Shown in pieces: positions 20,271 through 30,394 of a DNA stretch of 64,000 nt. The notes beneath the pieces are model-generated. The model ran no database searches. It worked only from the letters and a program-made list of their open reading frames with translations, and had not been told where the DNA came from. Source of the stretch: an uncultured Bacilli bacterium. Its GTDB lineage: Bacteria > Bacillota_I > Bacilli_A > RF39 > UBA660. Within the stretch, counting starts at the first letter, position 1. Every line of letters begins with the position of its first letter. The DNA lies in assembly GCA_944331895.1 (NCBI GenBank), contig CALVIX010000003.1, positions 5,010-69,009 of the forward strand, given 5' to 3'. A program made the position numbers and the translations under genes.

Positions 20271-21248
20271 ATGATCAAACGAATCTTATCACGTAAAGTA
20301 ATTGTCGCTACATCTGCCCTATTTGCTTTATTTTTAGTCTACATGATTCCTAAAGACGAAATAAAGCAATTAGAAAATATTCCTGAAAATATCGAGTATG
20401 TTGAAAGTCAAGTAGAAGAACAAACTGTATTTTTACTCAATCGAGATAACTTACTTGGAAGAACACAGGTGGTGGCGAGTGAGACGACTGACCCACTCTC
20501 AAAAGTCAAAGATGCCTTACAAACCCTCATTCAAGAAGGACCAAACGAATCTCGTGTTCCCAATGGGTTCAAAGCAATCATTCCGAGCGATACAAAAATC
20601 AATAGTATCGATTTGCAAGACGGCATACTAAAAGTAGATTTTTCCAAAGAGCTTCTCGACGTCAAGGAAGAAATGGAAGAAAAAGTAGTAGAAGCGATCG
20701 TCTATACCGCAACGAACATTAAAGAAGTAAAAAATGTGATCATCTTTGTCGATGGAGATGTTTTAACAAAACTTCCTAAAAGTGGGATCAATTTGCCTAG
20801 TATACTCAATCGATCCTTTGGCATCAATAAAGAATATGATCTTACGAGTACTGATAGCATCAATCAAGTAACTGTTTATTATGTAGATGAATATAACGAC
20901 ACTTATTACTACGTACCTGTCACTAAATATTTAAATGACGATCGTGATAAAATTAAAATTATAATCGATGAACTGACTAGTGCAAACATGTATCAAACCA
21001 ATCTGATGAGCTTTTTAAATAGCAATACAAAATTATTAGATATTCAGCAGAGCGAAGATGTCTTATCGTTAAATTTCAACTCCTATATTTTTAATGATGC
21101 AACAAAAAAAGATATTTTAGAAGAAGTTATTTATACGATTTGTCTTTCAGTTGGAGATAATTACAATGTCGAAGAAGTCATATTTCAAGTAGATACGGAA
21201 GAAGTATATAAAACAGGCATACAAGATGTAGAAGAAAGCGAAGAATAA
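20271..21248 (+). CDS. gerM: GerM-like protein with two GerMN domains
   Basis: LIQEGP...GFKAIIPSDT, VDFSKE, YYVPVT; adjacent to gerE. Confidence 0.85.
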   Translation: MIKRILSRKVIVATSALFALFLVYMIPKDEIKQLENIPENIEYVESQVEEQTVFLLNRDNLLGRTQVVASETTDPLSKVKDALQTLIQEGPNESRVPNGFKAIIPSDTKINSIDLQDGILKVDFSKELLDVKEEMEEKVVEAIVYTATNIKEVKNVIIFVDGDVLTKLPKSGINLPSILNRSFGINKEYDLTSTDSINQVTVYYVDEYNDTYYYVPVTKYLNDDRDKIKIIIDELTSANMYQTNLMSFLNSNTKLLDIQQSEDVLSLNFNSYIFNDATKKDILEEVIYTICLSVGDNYNVEEVIFQVDTEEVYKTGIQDVEESEE

Positions 21249-21341
21249 GCTTTCTTTTTACATTTTAGAGAAAATAGATAAAAACTATTGAATAAAATTT
21301 ATTTTTGAGGTATAATCATTATGTTTCCAAAAGGAACACGT

Positions 21342-21418
<77 letters not shown>

Positions 21419-21527
21419 CTTATGAAATATACTAGATAGTAATATCTAGTTTTTTTATACTTCTATCTTGCGTACATTAACAAACTAAGATAAAATAAAC
21501 TTAAGTACATAGAAAGGATACGATGAC

Positions 21528-22769
21528 ATGAAATTTACAGAATTATCAAAAGAAGAATTTCGATCATTCTTAAAAACACAGCCACTCAACGACTTTGTAC
21601 AAGCTCCAGAAATGGAAGAGATCGGAAAACAACACAATTGGAAAAGTTACTATGTTGGGGTGAAAAAAGATGACAAAGTCATAGCAGCTAGCAGAATTAT
21701 GGCACGGAAAAGCCATTTTGGAAAACAAAATTTCTACGCTCCACGAGGACTTATTTTGGATTACCACGATAAAGATTTACTTGCTTTTTTTACGAAAGCA
21801 TTAAAAAATTTCATCAAAAAAAGACACGGATATATTCTTACGATCGATCCTGCCCTTCTCTATCAAGAAAGAGATATCGATGGAAATATCGTCGAAGGTG
21901 GAATCGATAACAAAGATGTTGTAGATACATTAAAATCTCTCGGATATCGTCATCTAGGTTTCCCAGTCAAAATGGATGTATCATCACAAGTACGATTTAC
22001 TTTTGTTTTAGATCTTAAAGATGAAACCGAGGAAAGTATTTTAAAAAATATGAAACCAAATACGCGAAACTTAATTCGTAAGACGATGAAGGATGGTATC
22101 GAAATACGAGAATTAGAGTACGACGAACTTGATCGATTCAAAAAAATTACCGAAGCAACTGGAGAACGTCGAAATTTTTCCGATCGTACTTTAGCATACT
22201 ATCAAAAAATGTATCAATTATTTCATCCGAACGATGAGGTACACTTCTTACTAGCAACTTTAAATTTGGAGAATCTTATATCACAATTAGAAGAACAAAA
22301 AGAAGAAGAACAAGAGAAACTCGATCTTCTAATAGAACAAAATAGCGATGGTAAAAAAGCAAAGGCACAGCGAAGAGAATCAGAGCAATTGATTCAAAAC
22401 CTAGAAAATAAGATTAAAAATTATAAAAAAATGATGGATGAAGATGGAAAAGTGATCGATCTTTCTGCTGCTATGTTTATGACATATGGAAACGAAGTCG
22501 TTTATCTATTTAGCGGAAACGTTGCAAAATACATGAAATTTAATGCTCAATATCTTATTCAATGGTACATGATACAATACGGATTAAAACACAAATTTCC
22601 AAGATATAACTTTTATGGAATCTCTGGAATTTTCGATCGTAATGACCCAGACTATGGTGTATATGAATTTAAACGTGGATTTAATGGGCATGTAGAAGAA
22701 TACATTGGAGAATTTGAATTACCTATTTCCAATTATTACTATATTCAAAAAATATTGCAAAAAAAATAA
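21528..22769 (+). CDS. FemAB/MurM-family peptidoglycan bridge aminoacyltransferase
   Basis: YAPRG, coiled-coil arm, YNFYGISG, GVYEFKRGF, EYIGEF. Confidence 0.92.
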   Translation: MKFTELSKEEFRSFLKTQPLNDFVQAPEMEEIGKQHNWKSYYVGVKKDDKVIAASRIMARKSHFGKQNFYAPRGLILDYHDKDLLAFFTKALKNFIKKRHGYILTIDPALLYQERDIDGNIVEGGIDNKDVVDTLKSLGYRHLGFPVKMDVSSQVRFTFVLDLKDETEESILKNMKPNTRNLIRKTMKDGIEIRELEYDELDRFKKITEATGERRNFSDRTLAYYQKMYQLFHPNDEVHFLLATLNLENLISQLEEQKEEEQEKLDLLIEQNSDGKKAKAQRRESEQLIQNLENKIKNYKKMMDEDGKVIDLSAAMFMTYGNEVVYLFSGNVAKYMKFNAQYLIQWYMIQYGLKHKFPRYNFYGISGIFDRNDPDYGVYEFKRGFNGHVEEYIGEFELPISNYYYIQKILQKK

Positions 22770-22828
22770 AAGCCATCTGAATGATGTAGACTATATTTGA
22801 TAGGCATCATCTGGATAGCTTTTTTTGA

Positions 22829-23845
22829 TTATTTATTTTTATAGATAGAATAGATATAGACACTCTCATCTTTAACGTAGAAGATAGCGACTTTGCGATT
22901 TTCGTAGTAAAAGATTGGACTACTAGAATTGATCGACATTGTTAATAATTCTGTAAAATCAGTGATATCAATGACTTCTACATGATCTAAATCTGGTGCG
23001 GTTTTCGTATTGACAATATAGTCATCATATTTTTTTAAATATGTATGAATTTCTTTTTCCTCTTCACTGAGATTTTTTGTTAACGCTTTCGATAATAATA
23101 CAATATCTATCGTCGCTAATATGACGAGTACTGTCATCATCATAATAACTTGTACATACGAAATTTCTTCTGCCTGTTGATAAAATTCTCTATCTTGACT
23201 GGTTTCCCCTTCTACGTTGATTGCAAAAACATCACGTAAAAGTGGGATATCGATCGTTGTCAAATAGGATGACTTTACCTCATCTTTTCCTTCGATACTC
23301 ACTTGATATGCAAGTTCTAAAGTAGAAGTTAGAGGAAACTCTGTCGCTCCTTTAAAATCCGATACTATTTGCTCATATTGTGCAAGTGAAATATCGTTTA
23401 CAAGTTCTAACTTCTTTTCCTTTTCATCTATATCAAAGTTCCCTTCATCCAATATATATTCTTTCGTAAAAATTTCTGGATTTTCTTCGTCGTTAATACT
23501 GTTTCTATAAGATGCTCTCAAAGTTGCAACTAATTGATAAGTTCCATAATATGTTTGTTCTATTTTATTTTCGATACGATATTGGTATTGAAAACGAATA
23601 AAATCGACGTAATTTGTAATATAATTTTTTCCTTTCTCCATCACAGAGTCTTCTATATAATCATTTTCTTTTAAATGTACTTCGTAGTTGACATCAGCTT
23701 TTTCTGTATATTTCCCTATCAATTTTCGATTCTGATGCATTTGAGTGAAATAGTTAATTGTCATAACAAGACAAGCAATCATAACTGCTGTATTGATTAC
23801 TGTTAAAAGAAAATATATCATTTTTCTCTGCTTGATCAGATCCAT
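22829..23845 (-). CDS. DUF5305-like two-TM membrane protein
   Basis: N-terminal TM, ADVNYEVHLKEN, C-terminal TM, YLKKYDDYIV...FTELL...PI. Last gene of the sipW operon. Confidence 0.7.
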   Translation of the reverse strand: MDLIKQRKMIYFLLTVINTAVMIACLVMTINYFTQMHQNRKLIGKYTEKADVNYEVHLKENDYIEDSVMEKGKNYITNYVDFIRFQYQYRIENKIEQTYYGTYQLVATLRASYRNSINDEENPEIFTKEYILDEGNFDIDEKEKKLELVNDISLAQYEQIVSDFKGATEFPLTSTLELAYQVSIEGKDEVKSSYLTTIDIPLLRDVFAINVEGETSQDREFYQQAEEISYVQVIMMMTVLVILATIDIVLLSKALTKNLSEEEKEIHTYLKKYDDYIVNTKTAPDLDHVEVIDITDFTELLTMSINSSSPIFYYENRKVAIFYVKDESVYIYSIYKNK

Positions 23846-23863
23846 ATAAATCACCACCCAATT

Positions 23864-24994
23864 TTATTCATGTAATTGTTCGTATAACCAAACGGTTGGA
23901 TACCCTATATATTTTACGGTTCCGATTACTTCTCCTAACACTTGGCTTTCCTCTACAGGCACCAAATCTACAGTGTCATTATTATCTCCTTGCGTTACGT
24001 AATAAATATCTTGATTTCTTTTCGTTACTTTTACGATACGATGAATATATGTCTTATTGTTTTTCGTTGGAAATTGAATAATATCTCCTACTTGATATAT
24101 ATCATCCTTGTTTTCTTTTAAAATAACAACGTCCCCTTTTGAAAAAGTTGGAGACATACTATTACTGGCAATCGCAAGTGGATAAATTGGAAATAAACGA
24201 TTGATAAATAGTACACTAAAAACTAAAATTACCCATATTCCTACGCTGAAAACAGAACTGGTATAAGATTTCTTTATTGGAAAATTTGGTTGTTCTAATT
24301 TCCCTATCAGGAAGTATAAAAATACTGGGATCGAGACTGTAATTAGACTCGTTACAATCCATGGAATCTTAGGTAATATCGGCAAAATCATACGAATGAA
24401 CTGTGGAACCAACATATAGGTATATACACCTATTGTAGCTCCTTTTAAACATGCATAGCTAAGCATAAAACTAATCACAATATTAGGCAATAATTGCTCG
24501 TAAAAACGAACGACTGTCATTCCGATATTAGAAGTAATATAGCTATTTAAATTACAATACCCTAGTGCTAGCAGAATAGAAATTACTATGACGTAATATC
24601 GGTTTTCTTTTTGTGGAATTGCGTGAAGCAAGCGAATTCGCATAAATTCTTGTGCCAATACAATAACAATAAGATAGAAAAAATTTAATATTAATTTTTC
24701 TAATGTTAATTGCAAGGGGTTATGAGCAAACCCAAAAAAGATCCCAGCGCCAAACAATAATATTTCTACAATGATAATTCCAACGACAAGAAATAAATCA
24801 ATCAGTTTATGATCCAACCATATCAATTTACGATTTGGAATAAGATAGCATAAAATAATCGCGCTTAACAAATACATGAAAGGTTTAATACAGTAATAAA
24901 AAATTTCTCCAATCATATACCCCAATATGTTTGAAAGTACCAATAACATAAATAAAAATACAAGAAAAAAATATATTTTATTTTTATTTTTCAT
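23864..24994 (-). CDS. sipW: SipW-type (S26B) signal peptidase I fused to an N-terminal multi-TM domain
   Basis: IASNSMSPTFSKGD (Ser), IHRIV (His), TQGDNN. About 270-aa hydrophobic N-terminal extension. GAGGGAG RBS. Confidence 0.85.
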   Translation of the reverse strand: MKNKNKIYFFLVFLFMLLVLSNILGYMIGEIFYYCIKPFMYLLSAIILCYLIPNRKLIWLDHKLIDLFLVVGIIIVEILLFGAGIFFGFAHNPLQLTLEKLILNFFYLIVIVLAQEFMRIRLLHAIPQKENRYYVIVISILLALGYCNLNSYITSNIGMTVVRFYEQLLPNIVISFMLSYACLKGATIGVYTYMLVPQFIRMILPILPKIPWIVTSLITVSIPVFLYFLIGKLEQPNFPIKKSYTSSVFSVGIWVILVFSVLFINRLFPIYPLAIASNSMSPTFSKGDVVILKENKDDIYQVGDIIQFPTKNNKTYIHRIVKVTKRNQDIYYVTQGDNNDTVDLVPVEESQVLGEVIGTVKYIGYPTVWLYEQLHE

Positions 24995-24995
24995 A

Positions 24996-25607
24996 CTACG
25001 CTCCCTCAAACTTGAAATTAAAGATAAACTCTCTTGTCTCTCCATTGACATTATAGCGGAGTACTGATTGAATCTCCTCTCTTGCTGTACTAATTACCCT
25101 TAGAGAAAATTTAATATGAAACGTTACGACTTCACCTGGCTGTAGAGTTGATTTATCGATAGAAGATTCGTCAATAGAAAGAGCGATTAGGGTATCTCTT
25201 TCTTCGGATGTATCAATTGTTCCATCTGTGTATGTATAATTACTTACATTTTTAATTTTTATCGTCCATTCAAACGTCGTTGCAGGTTGGAAAATTTGAC
25301 CAAATTGATAAGATTTACCAAAAACAACATTATATGTATTTCCTTCCCAAGATTCGCTTTTTACATTCATGCGATCTGTTAACTGTGTCCCGGAAAAGTA
25401 ATGGTCGCTTCCTTCGTCGATTACTGGTAAATTTGGCAATTGTCCATCTGGCCATTGATACCCTTCTATCGCAATAACTCCATTCATTTGCAAAGTTGTG
25501 GAAAACCAAGAATACGATATTCCAAGCGTCACAATAAAAATAAGATAAATAACAAACACAAAGCGAGAAATCTTTGCTTTGTGTATAAAATTATTTTTGT
25601 GTTGCAT
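24996..25607 (-). CDS. Secreted protein with SipW-class signal peptide
   Basis: Hydrophobic stretch ending GISYS/WFSTTL; beta-rich mature region with LQPGE. Confidence 0.7.
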   Translation of the reverse strand: MQHKNNFIHKAKISRFVFVIYLIFIVTLGISYSWFSTTLQMNGVIAIEGYQWPDGQLPNLPVIDEGSDHYFSGTQLTDRMNVKSESWEGNTYNVVFGKSYQFGQIFQPATTFEWTIKIKNVSNYTYTDGTIDTSEERDTLIALSIDESSIDKSTLQPGEVVTFHIKFSLRVISTAREEIQSVLRYNVNGETREFIFNFKFEGA

Positions 25608-26082
25608 TAATTGTTGCAGTAAATGTAATATCTTTTTTAGCCGCTACGGAATCAGAATCCCAAGTAACCGTGATCGTTCCATCTTTTGTTCCCTGACTCG
25701 CAAGATCTCCTGCAATCACTGATGGTGTAATTGTGACATCTGGGTCATCAGCTCCTGCTGTAATAGAAAGTTCATTCAATGTCGCATCAATAGATCCATT
25801 ATTAGTGATTTGATAATTAACAACTTTACTATCTCCAGGCTTTGCTAAAGATATCTTCCATGTTAGTGTTTGTCCATCATCAGTGATCGTCGCTGCTTCA
25901 TCTGATTGTTCAGCAGGTGTAGGTGTAATAGAAGCGCTATTAAAGATGACTTCAAAATCACCAGTCAAAGATGCTGTTCCACTAATGTTTAAAACTGTTG
26001 TAAATGCTGCAAATCCAACTCCTAATAATAAAACTGCGGCAAGGGCTATCATTCCCACTTTCATGTTATTTTTGTTTTTCAC
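25591..26082 (-). CDS. TasA/camelysin-like secreted subunit with SipW-class signal peptide
   Basis: LLGVGFA/AFTTVLNISG; L.KPGD....Y.ITNNGSIDA; ends INATQK. Confidence 0.75.
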   Translation of the reverse strand: MKNKNNMKVGMIALAAVLLLGVGFAAFTTVLNISGTASLTGDFEVIFNSASITPTPAEQSDEAATITDDGQTLTWKISLAKPGDSKVVNYQITNNGSIDATLNELSITAGADDPDVTITPSVIAGDLASQGTKDGTITVTWDSDSVAAKKDITFTATINATQK

Positions 26083-26138
26083 ATTCTCACTCCTCTTCTA
26101 TATAATTGCATAGGCATCTCTACCTACTTTTCACATAT

Positions 26139-26167
26139 ATTATAATTTTGATTATTTCTTATGTCAA
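26139..26167 (-). promoter_or_regulatory. Consensus sigma-A promoter of the sipW operon
   Basis: TTGACA-17 bp-TATAAT. Confidence 0.8.
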
Positions 26168-26206
26168 TTGTCTGTTTACAATATGTTGTCATCCCTATTA
26201 GAAAAT

Positions 26207-27121
26207 CTATTTTTGCTCTGCACTTTCGATCGCATTTTTCACAACTTGAATCGAATGCTGTAATTTTTCGGACTCCTTTTGCGTCAAAGATACCCATATT
26301 TTCTCTCTTACGCCATGTCGATTGATTACTGTTGGTGTACTAATATAGACATCGTGATCTTTATCGTAACTAGATACAGTCATAATACTATTTTGATTAT
26401 CTAAAATCGCATTCGTGATGCGAACCAAACACATTCCAATTCCGTAAGATGTATCTCCTTTTCTCTTTTGAATTTCATATGCTGAATCACGTACACCTTG
26501 ATAGATTTCTTCAAGTTCTTCCTCGCTTAAAAATTCACGAATATTTTGTAATCCCACAGATGCATTGCTCCAAGGAACAAACTCACTATCGCCGTGTTCT
26601 CCCATGACGTAAGCATGGATGTTCTTAGGACTCACTTCTAACTTTTTTCCTATCAAATAACGCAAGCGTGAAGTATCCAGTGTCGTTCCTGATCCTAATA
26701 CTCTATGTGCTGGAAGTCCTGAATATTTCCATGTAAAATAAGTTACAACATCGAGTGGATTGGTTGCAATCAAGAAAATTCCATCAAACCCAGTCTTCAT
26801 AATTTCAGGAATCATAGATGCAAATAAATCGTGATTCTTTTTTAATAGATCCATTCTCGTCTCCCCTACTTTTTGTGGAATACCAGCAGTGATCACGACG
26901 ATGTCTGCATCTTTACAATCTGCGTATGTTCCTGCTTTGATGCTCATTTCATGTGGTGCAAAAGAAAGACCATGGTTTAAATCCATCACTTCTCCAACGA
27001 CTTTATCTTCTTTGATATCGACTAATACGAACTCCATCACCGAAGTCTTTTGATTTAATAATGCATATGCATAACTCATTCCAACAGAGCCACATCCAAT
27101 TAAAACTACTTTATTTTTCAT
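26207..27121 (-). CDS. ldh: L-lactate dehydrogenase
   Basis: GCGSVG, ATNPLD, LDTSR, GEHGDS. Confidence 0.93.
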   Translation of the reverse strand: MKNKVVLIGCGSVGMSYAYALLNQKTSVMEFVLVDIKEDKVVGEVMDLNHGLSFAPHEMSIKAGTYADCKDADIVVITAGIPQKVGETRMDLLKKNHDLFASMIPEIMKTGFDGIFLIATNPLDVVTYFTWKYSGLPAHRVLGSGTTLDTSRLRYLIGKKLEVSPKNIHAYVMGEHGDSEFVPWSNASVGLQNIREFLSEEELEEIYQGVRDSAYEIQKRKGDTSYGIGMCLVRITNAILDNQNSIMTVSSYDKDHDVYISTPTVINRHGVREKIWVSLTQKESEKLQHSIQVVKNAIESAEQK

Positions 27122-27181
27122 AACTCATCTCCTATTTTTAGTATAGCAAGAAATCTTGAAACATACAAAAAAAGTTGTAAA

Positions 27182-28603
27182 TTACTTTACAACTTCTCCA
27201 TCCATACTCCATGTTTTCACATCTGTAATTTTTACATTTTGAATTGTACCAATATCTTTTGGATCTCCTTTGACATTGACTAGTTTCATCGTGTCGGTAT
27301 ATCCCATCAACATATCGTGATTATTCTCACTATATCCTTCTAATAAAACAGGTGCCACTGTTCCAAGATAACGATCATTGGCAATTTTAGAGTAACGATT
27401 GACAATTTCATTCAGACGATGTAATCTTTCATTTTTTACTTCTATGCTAACATCGTCTTGCATTCTGCATGCTGGTGTTCCAACGCGTGGAGAAAAGATA
27501 AAGGTAAATGCTGAATCATACTTACACTCCTCGTATACATCTAGCGTATCTTGAAAGTCTTCTTCTGTCTCCCCAGGGAAACCTACGATAATATCTGTCG
27601 TAATCGAAGAATATGGCATTGCCTTTTTGAGCTTATGGTAAAGCTCTAAATAGGATTCTTTCGTATAACGTCTTCCCATCAATTTTAAAATGCGATTACT
27701 TCCACTTTGTAAAGGAAGATGAATATATGGCATGATATTATCGTATTTTGAAATCACATCGATCATACCATCCGTAAAATCCCATGGATGACTCGTAACG
27801 AATCGAACGCGTGAGATACCCGTTTTTGCAACATCTTCTAATAACTGTTCCATTCCATAGTCCATGTTCAAATCTTTTCCATACGCATTTACATTCTGCC
27901 CAAGTAACGTTACTTCCTGATATCCATCTTTTACAAGTTCTTTTACCTCACTTAAAATGTATTCAGGTTTTCTACTTCTCTGTTTTCCTCTCGTATATGG
28001 AACGATACAATAAGTACAAAACTTATCACATCCATACATGATATTGACCCATGCCTTATATTTATTATCGCGTTTAACAGGAACATTTTCGATAATGTCT
28101 CCCTCCATCGATAATACATCTACTTCAGTTTTTGGATTTTGGAAAGCATGTTCTAGAATCGTTGGCAATTTGTGAATATTATGTGTTCCAAAGACAAGAT
28201 CTAGAAAACGATATTTCTTTAAAATCTCATCTACAACTACTTCCTCTTGTGCCATACATCCACAGATACCTGCGACTAAGTCTGGTTTTTCTTCTTTCAG
28301 ATGTTTAATTCTCCCAATCATTCCAAATACTTTGTTATGAGCATTTTCACGAATCGCACAGGTATTTAAAAGAATGAGATCAGCATCTTCCATGCGATCC
28401 GTCTCTTCGTAGGACATATCTTCTAAAATTGCTTTGATATTCTCCGTATCATGTTCGTTCATTTGACATCCATATGTCTTAATAAAGTATTTTTTTCCTT
28501 GTCCAAAGTTTTGTAAATGTTTTTCTACGATATATTCATTCGTCTTTACTAATACCTCTTGTTTCGTTCTTTTTTGCGCTTCTTTTAGATTTGGTAATTT
28601 CAT
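27182..28603 (-). CDS. miaB: tRNA-2-methylthio-N6-dimethylallyladenosine synthase
   Basis: TYGCQMN, CDKFCTYC radical-SAM motif, TRAM domain. Confidence 0.96.
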   Translation of the reverse strand: MKLPNLKEAQKRTKQEVLVKTNEYIVEKHLQNFGQGKKYFIKTYGCQMNEHDTENIKAILEDMSYEETDRMEDADLILLNTCAIRENAHNKVFGMIGRIKHLKEEKPDLVAGICGCMAQEEVVVDEILKKYRFLDLVFGTHNIHKLPTILEHAFQNPKTEVDVLSMEGDIIENVPVKRDNKYKAWVNIMYGCDKFCTYCIVPYTRGKQRSRKPEYILSEVKELVKDGYQEVTLLGQNVNAYGKDLNMDYGMEQLLEDVAKTGISRVRFVTSHPWDFTDGMIDVISKYDNIMPYIHLPLQSGSNRILKLMGRRYTKESYLELYHKLKKAMPYSSITTDIIVGFPGETEEDFQDTLDVYEECKYDSAFTFIFSPRVGTPACRMQDDVSIEVKNERLHRLNEIVNRYSKIANDRYLGTVAPVLLEGYSENNHDMLMGYTDTMKLVNVKGDPKDIGTIQNVKITDVKTWSMDGEVVK

Positions 28604-28671
28604 ATTATCACCCATTTCCCACTTCTATTTTTCTATCCTTTATTCCAAGAAAAGAAACACGCAAAGTGTCT

Positions 28672-30318
28672 CTATACTTCCTGGATTACAATAAGTATCA
28701 TCGGCTTACATTCAGTTGCTTGATATAGATATTTTCCAAGCTTATCACGTACTCCGTTTTTAATCTTATTGAAATCAACATAATTTGGTTTGATGTTTTC
28801 TTCTATGACAGCAAGTGAAATCTTTTCCGCTTCCTTAATTAAGTCAATATTATCTTTTACGTATACAAATCCTCTTGTTAAAATTTCTGGCCCAGCCAAA
28901 ATCTTCTTGCTTGCTTTATCCAATGTCGCACATACTAATACGATTCCATTATCACTTAGTAACTCACGATCCTTTAATACAAGATCTCCAATATCTCCAG
29001 CTGTCTTTCCGTCAACTAAAATATCGTCTACTTTTACCTTTTCATTCGTATCGATATATTCCCCATTTTCAAATGTTACCACTTGTCCATTTAATTTTAA
29101 TAATACATTTTCTTCTTTCATACCAATCGCATAAGCAACTTTCGCATTTTCCACTTGATCCCTATAATCTCCGATTACCGGCATATAGTATTTTGGATTG
29201 ATCAAATCGATCATCATCATCAAGTCCTCACTGGAAGCATGATGATCCAAATATTTCTTCGTCGGTAAAATGACTAAATTCGCACCGATCTGAGCAATTC
29301 TATCAAAAATGCGTGTCGCACTCTTCTCAAGTCCTTCGTAAACAGGAGATGCAAATACAACGGTATCTGTATCTTTGATCTTTACAAACTTGTCATATCC
29401 TTTTACGATACGGTCCATATTAGAAAATTGTTTTTCTCTTTCATCTGAAATTAGTACGAAGATATTATCATCGTTCACTTGACGAATCGATTTGATTCTA
29501 TTTTTATCGAACTTCACATACTTCATATCGATTGCTTTCATAATCGTATTTTCTAGTCTCTTCCCTACGATTACAACGTTGCGATCTGTCTTCATTAAAA
29601 CATTTAATACCTCTTGAATACGATACAAATTAGATGAAAAAATACTACATAAAATACGTCCCTCTTTTTTATTGATCGTCTCACTTAAAATCGGCGTGAT
29701 TCGATGATTTGGAGATGTATACCCCTTTCTCGGTGCATAGAGAGATTCACTCATCAAACAAAGTACTCCTTGCTTTCCTACGTATGCTAATTTCCCAATA
29801 TCCGTTTTATATGGCCCGATCATCGTTGGATCAAATACAAAGTTTCCCGTATATACAATCGCACCATCCGGTGTATTTAATACATATCCAACCGCATCTG
29901 GAACTGAGTGTGTTACACTAATTGGAAAGACGCTATTCTTTCCAAATTTAATCTTGCGATGTGGTTTTAACTCAACTAATTGATCTAATTTTAGCCCGTC
30001 TTCTAATAATTGTGGTTTTAACATTTCTAATGTAAATGGAGTTCCATATACTTTTACTTGTTTTAACTCCGATAACATATCAGGAATCGCACCCATTTGT
30101 TCATCGTGTCCATGGGTTAGAAAAATCCCTTGAATTCTTTTCTCGTTTTCTTTTAAATAATCGTAATTAGGTAAAATGTAATCGACTCCTAACATGAAGT
30201 CATCCGCATATTTTAATCCCGCATCAAATACAAATATATCTTGGTCTACTTCGACCACATACATGTTTTTCCCAATTTCGTTTAGTCCACCTAAACTGAA
30301 TATTTTTATTTTGCTCAT
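28672..30318 (-). CDS. rnj: Ribonuclease J (J2-like, degenerate metal site)
   Basis: LGGLNEIGKN, THGHDEQMG, HSVPD, GPEILTRGFVY. Confidence 0.9.
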   Translation of the reverse strand: MSKIKIFSLGGLNEIGKNMYVVEVDQDIFVFDAGLKYADDFMLGVDYILPNYDYLKENEKRIQGIFLTHGHDEQMGAIPDMLSELKQVKVYGTPFTLEMLKPQLLEDGLKLDQLVELKPHRKIKFGKNSVFPISVTHSVPDAVGYVLNTPDGAIVYTGNFVFDPTMIGPYKTDIGKLAYVGKQGVLCLMSESLYAPRKGYTSPNHRITPILSETINKKEGRILCSIFSSNLYRIQEVLNVLMKTDRNVVIVGKRLENTIMKAIDMKYVKFDKNRIKSIRQVNDDNIFVLISDEREKQFSNMDRIVKGYDKFVKIKDTDTVVFASPVYEGLEKSATRIFDRIAQIGANLVILPTKKYLDHHASSEDLMMMIDLINPKYYMPVIGDYRDQVENAKVAYAIGMKEENVLLKLNGQVVTFENGEYIDTNEKVKVDDILVDGKTAGDIGDLVLKDRELLSDNGIVLVCATLDKASKKILAGPEILTRGFVYVKDNIDLIKEAEKISLAVIEENIKPNYVDFNKIKNGVRDKLGKYLYQATECKPMILIVIQEV

Positions 30319-30394
30319 GTTTTCTCCTTTCTTTTTCATTTGTATATAAAAAGACTTCTACATTATATCAAAAAATAACGAAGAAGTCTAATTT

